This document shows positions 10,127 through 20,974 of a stretch of DNA of 50,050 bases, piece by piece. Origin of the DNA: Candidatus Bathyarchaeota archaeon. Lineage in GTDB: Archaea; Thermoproteota; CALKCG01; B24; JAGTQN01. Position numbers and translations under genes: made by a program. Position 1 is the stretch's first letter. Each line of letters opens with the position of its first letter. Under the pieces are notes generated by a model that had not been told where the DNA came from, ran no database searches, and was given only the letters and a program-made list of their open reading frames with translations. Where the stretch lies: NCBI GenBank assembly GCA_018396395.1, contig JAGTQN010000002.1, positions 1-50,050 on the forward strand. The letters are read 5' to 3'.

Positions 10127-10375
10127 CCGATAAGGAGAAGTACGACTCCCTAAAAAGGATTCTGGAAGCCAACAAGTAAGCCTTATCCAAGCCAAGAGTG
10201 GTGATGTTCACCGCTAAGAGTGCGAACTGGCATAATGCTATCCCGTAATTGCACAGCACCAAAGGATTGAGGGTCCTTCGATTTCATCGTTAATCTTTCG
10301 AAAACGATTTTTTGGCATAAAGATCTTTATTTTTAAGGAGCGTTAAACGAAATTCGCATGGAAGGGTGAAAAAGT

Positions 10376-11047
10376 ATGAGAGAAGTTATAGTGGCTGAGG
10401 AAGGAGAGATCCTTGATGTAGAGCTCTCCGAAAACCTTCTCAAGATGAATGAGGAATTGGCATCAAAGAATAGGGAACTTTTGAAAAAACATGGCATAAA
10501 AAGCGTAGAGATCATGGGTTCCATCGGCTCTGGAAAGACATCCCTCATTGCTGAGATGGTAAAAAGGCTGAAGGAAAAATATAGGATTGGCTTTATAGCC
10601 GGGGATTTAACCACCACCATAGATTCGGATCGCATCTCGAAAAATGGAGTTGACGTTGTCCAGATAAACACAGGAAAAGAATGTCATCTAGATGCCAACC
10701 TTGTTATGAAAGCCTTGGAACGATTGGATTTAGAGGCTCTGGACCTTCTCTTCATAGAGAATGTGGGGAACCTCATATGCCCCGCGGAGTTTAGGCTAGG
10801 TTCCGAAAAAAGGGTTGTTGTCGTGAGCATTACAGAGGGTCCCTTTATGGTTGTGAAACATCCTTTCATTTTTATGGAGGCCGATGTCGCTGTTATCAAT
10901 AAGATCGATCTTGCAGAAGCCATGGGAATAGAAGTTTCGAAGCTGGAAAAGGATGCCCTTACTATAAACCCAAGGATAAAGGTTGTGAAGACTAACTGCC
11001 GAACTGGTGGGGGAATTCCTAAGGTAATAGAGGCCCTAGGACTTTAA
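10376..11047 (+). CDS. hypB: hydrogenase nickel-incorporation GTPase HypB
   Basis: P-loop GSIGSGKTSLI, ENVGNLICPAEF and NKIDL motifs. Confidence 0.93.
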   Translation: MREVIVAEEGEILDVELSENLLKMNEELASKNRELLKKHGIKSVEIMGSIGSGKTSLIAEMVKRLKEKYRIGFIAGDLTTTIDSDRISKNGVDVVQINTGKECHLDANLVMKALERLDLEALDLLFIENVGNLICPAEFRLGSEKRVVVVSITEGPFMVVKHPFIFMEADVAVINKIDLAEAMGIEVSKLEKDALTINPRIKVVKTNCRTGGGIPKVIEALGL

Positions 11048-11124
11048 CAAGTTACATCATGGGAAGCAAGTGATGATGCGAGCCAAACAAAGCCCAGAAA
11101 AGGAAGGTTCGATGGGAGTTAAGA

Positions 11125-11496
11125 ATGCATGAGTATTCTATGACTGTAAGTCTGGTTAATGCTGTTTTGAGGGAGGCTAAGAAGAAGAATTCCAAAAAAG
11201 TTCTGGAAGTTCATTTGTCAGTTGGAAGCCTTAGCCTTCTTGCCCATGAGCAGCTAAAGTTCTGGTATAAGGTCCTTGGAAAGGGAACGATTCTCGAAGG
11301 TTCCAATCTACGAATAAGTGTAGAAGAGGGTGAGGTGGAGTGCGAGGACTGCGGTTATAAAGGGCCGATAAGATATGAGGAAAGGCTTTATGACCACCTT
11401 TTCTTTCCAACAGTAAGCTGTCCTCGATGTGGTTCCTTTGTCAAGGTCGTGAAGGGAAGGGAGTGTATCATAAAAAGCATAAAGATGGTCATCTAA
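11125..11496 (+). CDS. hypA: hydrogenase nickel-insertion protein HypA
   Basis: MHE N-terminus (Ni site) and zinc motif CEDCGY...CPRCGS. Confidence 0.9.
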   Translation: MHEYSMTVSLVNAVLREAKKKNSKKVLEVHLSVGSLSLLAHEQLKFWYKVLGKGTILEGSNLRISVEEGEVECEDCGYKGPIRYEERLYDHLFFPTVSCPRCGSFVKVVKGRECIIKSIKMVI

Positions 11497-11906
11497 AGTT
11501 GAAGGTTGGGATGTCCCAAAAGGTAAACCTAAATAAAAAAGAGCAGACAAATTTCAGATACTATTTCTTAGTCCAAAGATATCTTTAGATGATCAAATCA
11601 ATGGGATTTCACTTAAAAGTCGATGAATATTAGGTATTTAAGAAGGTTCGATATTCTAGTTCTTAATAACGTTTTGTATTAAAGTGTGCTTAATAAAGGT
11701 GAAAATTCATCTATATCATTTTTCTTAAGAATATATAAGGTATAGGGACTGATATCCATATATCCTTGGTTATAACCATCAGTCCAGATTTCGGAGGAAA
11801 TCCTTACGGATCTAAAAGAAATTTCTAAACCCCTCTCCGAAGGGAAAAAGTTTAATGTAGGGATGCATAGTCCTAGAGACTGGATGGATATTGGAGGAGA
11901 TCCCAA

Positions 11907-13742
11907 TTGTTGATCGTTCCAATAATCCTTCAGACCCTATTCGTACCAGTAACCTATGTTCTTGGACGGAGGTTAGGCAAAAATACAGGTTGGGTTGTTT
12001 CGGTGGGACTAGGCTTTTCCTTGGCTTATCTCCTGGCAGTAACGGTAAACTCCCATGGAGAAGCCCTTGAGGAGACCTATGCCTGGGGAGAAAGTCTGCC
12101 CTTAAACTTCCTTCTAAGGGCTGACAGTATAAGTCTCCTACTAGCTATTCTTATAAACTTCCTATGCCTCCTCGCATCCATTTATTCAATCGCATACATG
12201 GAGAGAGAGTCAGGACTCGAAACTTACTATTCCCTTCTTACCCTTTTTGCCTTGGGAATGACAGGGGTCGTCCTTTCTGCCAATCTCATCCAGTTCTTCT
12301 TCTTCTGGGAACTCATGGTTCTACCTTCCTTTTTCCTCATTGCTAAATGGGGCTATGGGGGGGCTTGGGATGCAGCCTTCAGATATTTCATCTACTCCCA
12401 ATTCGGAGCCGCCCTCATACTTTCTGGTATTGCCCTCACCTATGCCGAAACGGGGACCCTGAACATGTATGAGATTCCCTCCTTGTTGGAGAATATTGAT
12501 CCGGGCTTATGGCAGTTTATCGTTGCATCGCTTATCTTAGGTTTCGGTGTTAAGATGGCCCTTTGGCCAGTTCAGGCTTGGCTTCCGCCAGCCCATGCAG
12601 ATGCCCCAACTCCTATAAGTGTCCTTCTAAGTGGAATCATGATCAAATGTGGAGTCTATGGCATCTTTAGAGTTCATCAATTATTCTTTAGCCATTCTAT
12701 ACCGATTTTTTCTTTCATGCTCGGCTCCATAGCCATCCTCACGATGCTTTACGGAGGATTAATGGCCCTAATCGAAACGGATCTGAAAAAGCTCTTCGCC
12801 TACTCGAGTATAAGCCATATGGGCTATATCTTCTTTGGCCTTTCCTTCGCCCTTGATCATGGTCCTGGCCTATCGGCTGCTCTCCTACACATCGTAAACC
12901 ATGCCTTAAGCAAGGGTCTCCTATTCATGTGCGCTGGAGTCTTCCTTCATTCCTTCGGAACGAGGGATATTCGAAACCTTCGAATAGGTATAAGGAGGCC
13001 TATTACCTTCGCAGGCTGCATCATCGGTGCGTTAGGTCTAATAGGACTTCCTCCATCCCTAGGCTTTTGGAGCAAGGATATGCTTTTAGCCACAGCTTTG
13101 GAAACCCACATCCTTCCCTTCATCATAGCCATGGTAGGCACTTCGGCCTTGGCTGTGGCCTACAGCCTAAGGTGGCTTTTCATACTTTTTCTTGGAAAGG
13201 ATCCCGGATGCAATGAAGACCATCTTGCCCATAATGGGCATAAAATACCCTTAATCATGGAGTTTCCGATGCTTTTATTGGTCATAGCGTCATCGACTTC
13301 TATGTTCTACGTGGAATCTTTAGGGGGCTTCTTAGGCATTGAGCACATTGAAATCGAGTTTATTCCTATTTCCATGTCCATCATGGGACTTCTCATAGGA
13401 GGCCTTCCGATCTATGTAGCCCATCGTAGGGGAATTCTTCTCAAGGGCGTCTTTCAAGAGAACAGCTTTGGAAGGGCATTTCTGAAGGTATTGGAAGTCT
13501 TCTCACTGGAGAAGGCATATTATAGGCTCTTTGCCCATTCTCTTCTAACGCTTTCCAACGGTCTTTTCGAACGGCTAGAAACTGGTATAATCGATAAATT
13601 TAACTATGTCATCGCAGGTTTAGTCCGTTCCATTAGCGAGCAAATAAGGAGAATTCAAACAGGGATCTTATCCTTTAACTTTCTTGCCATGATGGTCGCA
13701 ATATCCATTATCCTCATATACATACTCGTGACTTTCCTTTAA
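11907..13742 (+). CDS. NuoL/MrpA-type antiporter-like membrane subunit
   Basis: 611 aa with FFFFWELMVLPSFFLI and AWLPPAHADAPTPISVLLSG motifs and a long C-terminal extension as in NuoL. TTG start preceded by GGAGGAG. Confidence 0.85.
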   Translation: MLIVPIILQTLFVPVTYVLGRRLGKNTGWVVSVGLGFSLAYLLAVTVNSHGEALEETYAWGESLPLNFLLRADSISLLLAILINFLCLLASIYSIAYMERESGLETYYSLLTLFALGMTGVVLSANLIQFFFFWELMVLPSFFLIAKWGYGGAWDAAFRYFIYSQFGAALILSGIALTYAETGTLNMYEIPSLLENIDPGLWQFIVASLILGFGVKMALWPVQAWLPPAHADAPTPISVLLSGIMIKCGVYGIFRVHQLFFSHSIPIFSFMLGSIAILTMLYGGLMALIETDLKKLFAYSSISHMGYIFFGLSFALDHGPGLSAALLHIVNHALSKGLLFMCAGVFLHSFGTRDIRNLRIGIRRPITFAGCIIGALGLIGLPPSLGFWSKDMLLATALETHILPFIIAMVGTSALAVAYSLRWLFILFLGKDPGCNEDHLAHNGHKIPLIMEFPMLLLVIASSTSMFYVESLGGFLGIEHIEIEFIPISMSIMGLLIGGLPIYVAHRRGILLKGVFQENSFGRAFLKVLEVFSLEKAYYRLFAHSLLTLSNGLFERLETGIIDKFNYVIAGLVRSISEQIRRIQTGILSFNFLAMMVAISIILIYILVTFL

Positions 13743-14053
13743 AGAGAGGAAGCTATGATGTCTCTAGCCCGGGGCTATGGAAGGTGCAAAGCCTTCTCCT
13801 ATTATTTGAACCGATCTTAATCAGGAAGGGTATTGGCGATGTAGAAAATTTGATGCGCATCATGGACTTGAACAATGTGATTAAGAGCGATTTGAACTTT
13901 AGAATGATGTACGCTATCTTTAGCTAGAAGGTTTATATGAGATTTAAGCTGAAGGTGATTTGTTAAAGGTTCTGGATTTAAAGGGCGAAGCCTTATATTT
14001 TGCCTCGGATATCAGTCACGGATAGTTAGCAACATGGAGTTGAACCTTTCTCC

Positions 14054-14386
14054 TTGGGGAAAATCGCCATAGTGGCCGATCAGGATACGGCTATGCTTTT
14101 CAAGCTGGGGGGCATCAGGCATACCTATGCTGTCAGGTCTCAAGAGGAGGTTGAGAAAGTGATTAAGGAAATTGTGGAGGGCGGGGACTTTAGCGTCCTA
14201 ATATTAATGGAAAGATTTGCCGAGGTAGTCCAACCCCTCCTTACAAGGATGATGAAGACGCAAAAGTACCCTATCGCTATAACGATTCCTGATAGAAAAG
14301 GGCCGATTGAGAAGGAGGTTGATCCTGTTTTTGAGATTATTAAGGAGGCCTTAGGAGTTGAGTTAAAGATCAAGAAGAAAGGATAG
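14054..14386 (+). CDS. atpF: A-type ATP synthase subunit F
   Basis: N-terminus KIAIVADQDTAMLFKLGGI is typical of V/A-type subunit F. 110 aa, directly upstream of atpA. Confidence 0.8.
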   Translation: MGKIAIVADQDTAMLFKLGGIRHTYAVRSQEEVEKVIKEIVEGGDFSVLILMERFAEVVQPLLTRMMKTQKYPIAITIPDRKGPIEKEVDPVFEIIKEALGVELKIKKKG

Positions 14387-14399
14387 GAAGGGATTAAGA

Positions 14400-16187
14400 A
14401 TGCCAGTCGTAGGTTTGATCCAGAGGATCGTTGGTCCCCTCATCGTTGCCAAGAATATGATAGGAGCCCGTATGCATGAGTTGGTCAGACTTGGGGAGCT
14501 TGGAATCATAGGAGAAATCATACGACTTGAAAGGGATAGGGCCGCTATTCAGGCTTATGAGGAAACGACGGGCTTAAGGCCAGGCGACAAAGTCGAAGGT
14601 ACTGGAAAGCCCCTTTCAGTGACCCTAGGTCCTGGTTTGATGGGCAAAATCTACGATGGGGTTCAGAGACCTCTTCCAGGAATAGCTGATAAAAGCGGTA
14701 GCTTCATCGAGAGAGGTATGAGCATCGATCCCTTGGAAATGGATAAGAAATGGTTCTTCCAGCCCCTTATAAAGGCTGGTTCAAAGGTTGTCGGGGGAGA
14801 TATCCTTGGCTTAGTTCAAGAAACCCCCCTTGTCCTTCATAGGATTCTCGTCCCCCCTTTCTATGAGGGTGTTGTGAGGCACATCGTTAAGGAAGGGGAT
14901 TATAGCATCAGGGAGCCCATAGCCGAGATCGAGACACCGAGGGGATCGATTCAAAAAGTCTATTTGGCCCAAACTTGGCCGGTGCGGGTTCCTAGACCTT
15001 ATAAGGTTATGATGCCCCCTACGATTCCCCAGTCGACGGGCCAGAGAGTGATCGATGCCTTCTTCCCAATCTGCAAGGGCGGCACAATCATGATTCCAGG
15101 TGGTTTTGGAACTGGAAAGACTGTGATGCTCCACCAGCTCGCGAAGTTCATAGAAGCCGATATAGTGGTCTTCGTAGGCTGTGGGGAAAGGGGGAACGAG
15201 ATGGCAGACGTTCTTGAAAGCTTTCCTAAGCTGAGGGATCCAAAGAGTGGAGAGCCCCTTATGGCGAGGACTATCCTCATAGCGAATACTTCGAATATGC
15301 CTATAGCTGCAAGGGAGGCAAGCGTCTATACTGGTCTAACGATGGCCGAGTACTACAGGGATATGGGTTACGATGTAGCCCTTATGGCCGATTCTACCTC
15401 CAGATGGGCAGAAGCCCTGAGGGAAATCTCAGGCCGCCTAGAAGAGATGCCTGGGGAGGAAGGTTATCCGGCTTATCTGGCCGCAAGGCTAGCAGAGTTC
15501 TACTCGAGGGCAGGTCATGTAATAACCTTGGGAAGCGATGATAGGAGGGGATCCATTACGGTTATCGGGGCTGTTTCGCCACCTGGCGGAGACTTCTCCG
15601 AGCCTGTCACCCAGAACACGCTCAGGATCGTGAAGGTCTTTTGGGCCCTCGATTCATCCCTTGCCCATCGTCGCCACTTCCCAGCGATAAATTGGTTGAC
15701 TAGCTACTCTATGTACTTCGACCAAGTAACCGAATCCTATAATAAGGAAGTTGGCTCGGACTGGGGAAGAATCGTTAGGGAAGCCATCACCCTCTTAGGA
15801 CAGGAGGAAGAGGTGAAGGAGGTTGCCTCCCTCTTGGGAACTGAGGTTTTGGCAGAATCCCAACGTCTCATCGTCGAAGTGGCAAGAAACCTTAGGGAGA
15901 ACTTTCTAAGGCAGAGTGCCTTCCATCCCGTCGATGGATACTGTTCTAAAGAAAAAACTTTTCATATGCTTAGAACGATACTTAAGTTCTATAGAAAGGC
16001 TAGGTTTGCCATCGGCCAAGAGGTTCCCTTAAACAGAATAATGTCTCTTCCAGTCATCGAGGAGATGGCTAGAATGAAACTCATCCCCAGCGAGGAAATA
16101 GCCAAAGTAGCCGATGAAATCGACAAGAAGATTGACGAGGAGATAAATCTCCTTGTGGAGGAGCAGGCAAGGAAGAAGAAGGGATGA
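14400..16187 (+). CDS. atpA: A-type ATP synthase catalytic subunit A
   Basis: Walker [10 protein letters not shown], the non-homologous-region insertion typical of A subunits, and [31 protein letters not shown]. Length of 595 aa indicates no intein. Confidence 0.97.
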   Translation: MPVVGLIQRIVGPLIVAKNMIGARMHELVRLGELGIIGEIIRLERDRAAIQAYEETTGLRPGDKVEGTGKPLSVTLGPGLMGKIYDGVQRPLPGIADKSGSFIERGMSIDPLEMDKKWFFQPLIKAGSKVVGGDILGLVQETPLVLHRILVPPFYEGVVRHIVKEGDYSIREPIAEIETPRGSIQKVYLAQTWPVRVPRPYKVMMPPTIPQSTGQRVIDAFFPICKGGTIMIPGGFGTGKTVMLHQLAKFIEADIVVFVGCGERGNEMADVLESFPKLRDPKSGEPLMARTILIANTSNMPIAAREASVYTGLTMAEYYRDMGYDVALMADSTSRWAEALREISGRLEEMPGEEGYPAYLAARLAEFYSRAGHVITLGSDDRRGSITVIGAVSPPGGDFSEPVTQNTLRIVKVFWALDSSLAHRRHFPAINWLTSYSMYFDQVTESYNKEVGSDWGRIVREAITLLGQEEEVKEVASLLGTEVLAESQRLIVEVARNLRENFLRQSAFHPVDGYCSKEKTFHMLRTILKFYRKARFAIGQEVPLNRIMSLPVIEEMARMKLIPSEEIAKVADEIDKKIDEEINLLVEEQARKKKG

Positions 16188-17587
16188 TCATGAGTTCTTT
16201 ACCTCATATCAAACTAGCAAGCGTTAGGGAAATCTCGGGGCCTCTACTCTTTGTAGAAACGATGCCAGGGGCATCCTTCGGTGAACTCGTTGAAGTGACA
16301 ACTCCCACAGGCGAGGAAAGGTGGGGCCAGATTATCGATGTTAGCGAAGATATAACCCTCATCCAAGTCTTTGAGGGTACCCTTGACCTTGATGTAAAAT
16401 CTACCATCATTCGACATACGGGAACCCCCATCAAGCTAAGGGTTTCCATGGATATGTTGGGAAGGACCTTCGATGGGCGGGGAAATCCAAGGGATGGTGG
16501 GCCTTCTATTATCGCCGAGGATGAGCTCGATGTCCATGGAAAGCCCATCAATCCTTATTGTCGAGCCCATCCCAGCGAATTCATTCAGACAGGGATCTCT
16601 GTTATCGATGGAATGAATACCCTTTTAAGGGGCCAGAAGCTGCCAATCTTCTCTGGGTCTGGTCTTCCCCATAGGCTTCTGGCCGCCCAAATCGTAAGGC
16701 AAGCAACGGTTCTTGGGCAGGCAGAGGCCTTTACAGTAATCCTAGCAGCCATGGGCGTTACGGGTGATGAGGCTAAGTTCTTCAGGGATGAGTTTGAAAG
16801 GATGGGTGTTATGGACAGGGTCGTGGTCTTCCTCAATATGGCAGAGGATCCAGCTTTGGAAAGGATTCTGACGCCCAGACTCGCCCTTACGGCTGCCGAG
16901 TACCTTGCCTTTGAGCAGGATATGCATGTCCTCGTCGTCTTAGTTGACATGACCTATTATTGTGAGGCGCTACGAGAAGTCTCAGCCGCCAGGGCCGAGG
17001 TACCGGGAAGGAGGGGATTTCCTGGCTACATGTACACAGATTTGGCTACCATATACGAGCGGGCTGGAAAGATCCATGGAAAAAAGGGATCTATAACTCA
17101 GGTACCCATCCTTACGATGCCTGAGGATGACATAACCCACCCAATCCCAGACCTGACGGCTTACATCACGGAGGGACAACTCGTTTTTGATAGGGATTTG
17201 TACAGGAGGGGCATATATCCGCCTATAAACCCGCTTCCAAGCCTTTCGAGGCTTATGGATAAAGGCATAGGAGGGGGAAAGACGAGGGAAGACCATAAGC
17301 AACTCTCAGACCAGCTTTACTACGCCTATGCTGAAGGAAGGATCGTAAGGGAAGCTGCTATGATCTCTGGCGAGGAGGCCCTAACCGAAAGGGATAGGTT
17401 ATACCTGAAGTTTGTGGATAGGTTCGAAAGAGAGTTTATAAACCAAGCCCCCTATGAGAACAGGGACATTGAAAAAACCTTGGACATTGGTTGGAATGTC
17501 CTATCGGTCTTTCCTGAGGCGGAGCTTTCTAGGATTGACCCCGATATCATAAAGAAGTACTACCGGGGTTCAGGATCAAAGGCGTGA
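16184..17587 (+). CDS. atpB: A-type ATP synthase subunit B
   Basis: Strong family signatures ([44 protein letters not shown]). ATGA overlap with atpA. Confidence 0.97.
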   Translation: MIMSSLPHIKLASVREISGPLLFVETMPGASFGELVEVTTPTGEERWGQIIDVSEDITLIQVFEGTLDLDVKSTIIRHTGTPIKLRVSMDMLGRTFDGRGNPRDGGPSIIAEDELDVHGKPINPYCRAHPSEFIQTGISVIDGMNTLLRGQKLPIFSGSGLPHRLLAAQIVRQATVLGQAEAFTVILAAMGVTGDEAKFFRDEFERMGVMDRVVVFLNMAEDPALERILTPRLALTAAEYLAFEQDMHVLVVLVDMTYYCEALREVSAARAEVPGRRGFPGYMYTDLATIYERAGKIHGKKGSITQVPILTMPEDDITHPIPDLTAYITEGQLVFDRDLYRRGIYPPINPLPSLSRLMDKGIGGGKTREDHKQLSDQLYYAYAEGRIVREAAMISGEEALTERDRLYLKFVDRFEREFINQAPYENRDIEKTLDIGWNVLSVFPEAELSRIDPDIIKKYYRGSGSKA

Positions 17588-17597
17588 AGGTTTCCTC

Positions 17598-18266
17598 ATG
17601 TCGGTCGAGAGACTGGCTGTTCAGCCGACAAGGGAACAGCTTTTAAGGCTTAGGCGTCGAAAGGTACTAGCCCAAGCTGTTTTAGACGTTCTCCAAAGAG
17701 ATCTTAGCGCCCTTACAGAAGAATTCTTCCGATACCTTGACATGATAACTCCCCTAAGGAATGAAATGTACAAGGCTTTGGAAGAAGCCTATGCCTCTTT
17801 TTCAGAGGCTAAGATGCTCATGGGGCGGGGAATTTTTTCCTCCTCATGGACGACTGTTTTGGATCGCTTTGAGGTCGATACGAAGGCTACTGTTTTTAGA
17901 AAGGTTTCAATACCTGTTCTCAACCTCGTCGAAGCCAAGACGGTAGCTCAGGATAAGCCGATGGATGCTGAAAGTTTGAATTACAGTCTTTCTGACACGA
18001 CGGCAAAACATGACGATATGATGAGCAAAGTAAAGGAAGTCATAAGGACCGCCATAAAGCTTGCAGAGGCCGAAGGGGCCCTTTCTACCATCGTTGAAGC
18101 CATGGCTGCTACGAAGAGGAAGATGAATTTCATCCAGCACAAAGCAATACCACAGATAGATGCGACAATTCGATGGGTAGAGCTGATCCTTGAGGAAACG
18201 GAGAGGGAAGACAGCATAAGGATAAGGGTTCTACAAAATAAAAGAAAAGAGAAGGGACTATCCTAG
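17598..18266 (+). CDS. atpD: A-type ATP synthase central-stalk subunit D
   Basis: N-terminus QPTREQLLRLRRRKVLAQ is typical of V/A-type D. 222 aa, follows atpB. Confidence 0.85.
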   Translation: MSVERLAVQPTREQLLRLRRRKVLAQAVLDVLQRDLSALTEEFFRYLDMITPLRNEMYKALEEAYASFSEAKMLMGRGIFSSSWTTVLDRFEVDTKATVFRKVSIPVLNLVEAKTVAQDKPMDAESLNYSLSDTTAKHDDMMSKVKEVIRTAIKLAEAEGALSTIVEAMAATKRKMNFIQHKAIPQIDATIRWVELILEETEREDSIRIRVLQNKRKEKGLS

Positions 18267-18916
18267 GCGGTCCTGAACAAAGCCTTTGCAATTCTAAGCC
18301 GTAAAGCCATCTCATGGAAGCGTATGAGGGACTCAAAGGTATAATCGACGAGGCCCCTTCCATCCATTCTTCGGATGACGACTCCGCCAGAGGCTTCTAT
18401 ACCATCCTTTCCTAAGAAAAGCCTTGTACCTTTCTCCATTCCAAGTTCCTTTGATATGGCGTTTAGATTAAGCTTCGAAGCCAATTCTCGGTCTTCATTG
18501 CAAAGGAGGACCTCGAGCTCTCCGCTTCCTAATGCCTTAGCTCCTTTCCTTATCATATGAGTAAGAAGGGATAGGTATCGCTCCTCAGACTTCTTAAGCT
18601 CATGGAGTTCCTTTACCGTAGCCTCAAGAACTTTATCGATCAACCTAAGCTTTTCTTGGGAGATCATCCTTGAAGCCTTCATCCTTGCATCTGAAAGAAC
18701 CTGTCTTCGAATTCTTTCGGCTTCCTCTTCAGCTCCTCTCAAAATCCTTTCCACATCATCCTTCGCATCCCTTTTTGCCTGTTCCTTTCGCTCCTCGATA
18801 ATAGCCTCAGTTCTTTTTTTAGCCTCCTCCCTTATTCTTTCTACCTCTAACTGGGTATCTTTAGCGATCCTTTCAAGAATTCTTTTCAATCCTTCTGATG
18901 AAGGGCCTTCTTCCAT
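18263..18916 (-). CDS. atpE: A-type ATP synthase peripheral-stalk subunit E
   Basis: 217 aa. The charged coiled-coil N-half (EEAKKRTEAIIEERKEQAKRDAK...) and globular C-half match the V/A-type E architecture. Confidence 0.75.
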   Translation of the reverse strand: MEEGPSSEGLKRILERIAKDTQLEVERIREEAKKRTEAIIEERKEQAKRDAKDDVERILRGAEEEAERIRRQVLSDARMKASRMISQEKLRLIDKVLEATVKELHELKKSEERYLSLLTHMIRKGAKALGSGELEVLLCNEDRELASKLNLNAISKELGMEKGTRLFLGKDGIEASGGVVIRRMDGRGLVDYTFESLIRFHEMALRLRIAKALFRTA

Positions 18917-18920
18917 ACAA

Positions 18921-19271
18921 TCAATCCTCTGATTCGACGATGGATAGAACCCCTTCCAAGACCGATTTGAGGGCCTCTTTAAAGTTCGCCTCAGCCCTTG
19001 AACGGATGCTCATAACTTCCTTCTCTGCCTTCTTTAGGATCCTCTCCGCCTCTTCTTGGGAGGCCTTCCTCGCCTCCTGCCTCAATCTTTCTGCGTGTTG
19101 TTCAGCCTCCCTAAGAATTTCATCAAGGGTTGTATCGTAAATCTTTATCGAATCAATCCTGGCTTTTTCGAGAAGGGATTCAGCCTCAGCCCTTGCATGG
19201 TCGATGATTTCTTGGGCCTTTTCCTCAGCTTCTTTGACAGCCTTCAGGTAATCAAGGATCGAGCTTCCCAT
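18921..19271 (-). CDS. atpH: A-type ATP synthase peripheral-stalk subunit H (G-like)
   Basis: 116-aa all-helical E/K/A-rich protein immediately upstream of atpE. Assignment rests on size, composition and context. Confidence 0.55.
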   Translation of the reverse strand: MGSSILDYLKAVKEAEEKAQEIIDHARAEAESLLEKARIDSIKIYDTTLDEILREAEQHAERLRQEARKASQEEAERILKKAEKEVMSIRSRAEANFKEALKSVLEGVLSIVESED

Positions 19272-19903
19272 ATTAACACACCATGGTTGCCAATGAAACC
19301 TCTCGAAGGCTTTGAAACGTCCCTGCCCTTTAAGCTCTTAGTGATTGGAGGTTCTTTTTTAATCTTTCCTAGGCAAGCTTTTGAGGTTTGAAATTTGGTA
19401 ATGATCCGATGAGGTTTTATGGTGACTTCTATTGCTCGCCATCTATTCCCCTATCCTTGTCTGCTATTAGAGAGCTTACCGCCCTTTTCAAGGGGCCTGA
19501 TCAGTTCCTAAAGCTACGCTCCTTATGATATAATCGGCTTTCTGTCGAAATACGAGCCTTAGAGCTCTTGTCGCGGAATCACCTCTGAAAGCATAGCAGC
19601 CTAAAACTATTGATGCCTTTTTCTTTTTCTTCGAAATAACTCGATACATACCAAGATTAGCATCGTTTCTCCAGATTCTTGACGCCCTCTTACTAAGAAG
19701 ACCGAAGTCCAGAGATCGAAGCCCAAAGGCTTTATCGTCCCTTAAAGTAAAGGGAGTCTGCTAGGGGCTATAATGCTAATGATGCTTATGCTTATATTTT
19801 CCTCCACAATCTTTTCTTGGGGCGATCATAAACTCGCGAAGAAGAGGCGCCATAACATTCGTTATGGGATGAACCTAGGTCTCGATAAAGCGAGGAGTTG
19901 GAA

Positions 19904-20974
19904 ATGAAGCTTAGTGTTTCCAAATATGGTTATATAACTACTAGAATCAGAGGGATGAAGGCCAGCTTAATCGATGAAGGAGGTTATAGTATCCTTCTAG
20001 GATGCCCTGACTTAGAAGGGCTCTTGAGCTTTCTGAAGACCACCCCATATGGGGAAGACCTTTCAGAGATTCAACCTGGAGCCGTAAGGGCCTTATCCCT
20101 TGAGGGAGCTTTTTTAAGGAACTTTTTTAAAACCTTAAGTAAGATAGCCGAAAAGGCATCTTCCGATGTGGCTTCTCTCATACTCGGCTATCTGAAGAAG
20201 TTTGAGGCTGAAAATCTTAAGGTCGCCCTAAGGGCCTTAAAGGGAGGCATTGACTACGAGGAGGCCCTAAAATACATCGTACCCATTCCAAGGGGGCTGA
20301 GTGCAGAAACTTATAGGGATTTGCTGGGCGTAGCTCGGGATGTCGAAAGCTTCGTACAATTCCTTGAAAAGACTGAGTACGGAGCCTTATTAGCCAGTTC
20401 CATGAAAGGCTATTTGGAGAAGAAAAACCTCATACCCTTGGAAAGGGCTTTAGATTTCCACGTTTACGGATCTCTATGGGCCATTATGGAAAGGCTCGAC
20501 AGGAGAGATAGGGTTATTGCCAAGAAGCTCATCGGCGCAGAGTTGGAAATCAGAAACATTAAGATTCTGTTGAGGGGTAAGATCCTAAGACTAGACCCAA
20601 GCGAAGTCAGGGAGTACCTCTATCCAGTATTCCTCGCATTAACTCCAGAGAATGTGGATCTCGCCTTAAAGGCCCAAGATGTGGAGGGAGCGATAAGGGC
20701 TTTGATGGTCCAACCTTACAGGGATATGCTTACAAAGGTTCTGATGGAATATGAACAAAGGGGTTCCTTAGCCTCCACAGATTTGGAGGGAGATCGCCTC
20801 CTCGTCAAAATGTGTAGAAGAATACTGAGGGTTTATCCATCACCCTTCCATGTGGGCATTATTCTTTCATACATCATCTTAAAATGGTTTGAAGTTCGTA
20901 ACTTGAGAGCGATTGTCTATGGAAAAGAAGACGGTTTAAGTCCCGAATCGATAGAAAGGCTATTGGTCTATTAG
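19904..20974 (+). CDS. atpC: A-type ATP synthase subunit C (V0-d homologue)
   Basis: About 356 aa with N-terminal YGYITTRIRGMKASLI, typical of subunit C. GAGGAG lies 6 nt upstream of the ATG at 19904 (the track start is TTG at 19898). Confidence 0.8.
   Translation: MKLSVSKYGYITTRIRGMKASLIDEGGYSILLGCPDLEGLLSFLKTTPYGEDLSEIQPGAVRALSLEGAFLRNFFKTLSKIAEKASSDVASLILGYLKKFEAENLKVALRALKGGIDYEEALKYIVPIPRGLSAETYRDLLGVARDVESFVQFLEKTEYGALLASSMKGYLEKKNLIPLERALDFHVYGSLWAIMERLDRRDRVIAKKLIGAELEIRNIKILLRGKILRLDPSEVREYLYPVFLALTPENVDLALKAQDVEGAIRALMVQPYRDMLTKVLMEYEQRGSLASTDLEGDRLLVKMCRRILRVYPSPFHVGIILSYIILKWFEVRNLRAIVYGKEDGLSPESIERLLVY

Noticed and set aside
9905-10195. The longer 96-aa version of the hypC ORF.
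   Set aside because: HypC proteins start with the invariant MCxxxP. The internal ATG at 10126 gives exactly MCLAIP, so the 23-aa extension is most likely untranslated.
14400-17587. Possible inteins, selenocysteine or pyrrolysine recoding, or programmed frameshifts in atpA, atpB, hypF, lhr, leuS and glyS.
   Set aside because: All of these are single uninterrupted ORFs of the normal length for their families, and no in-frame stops or split genes were seen.
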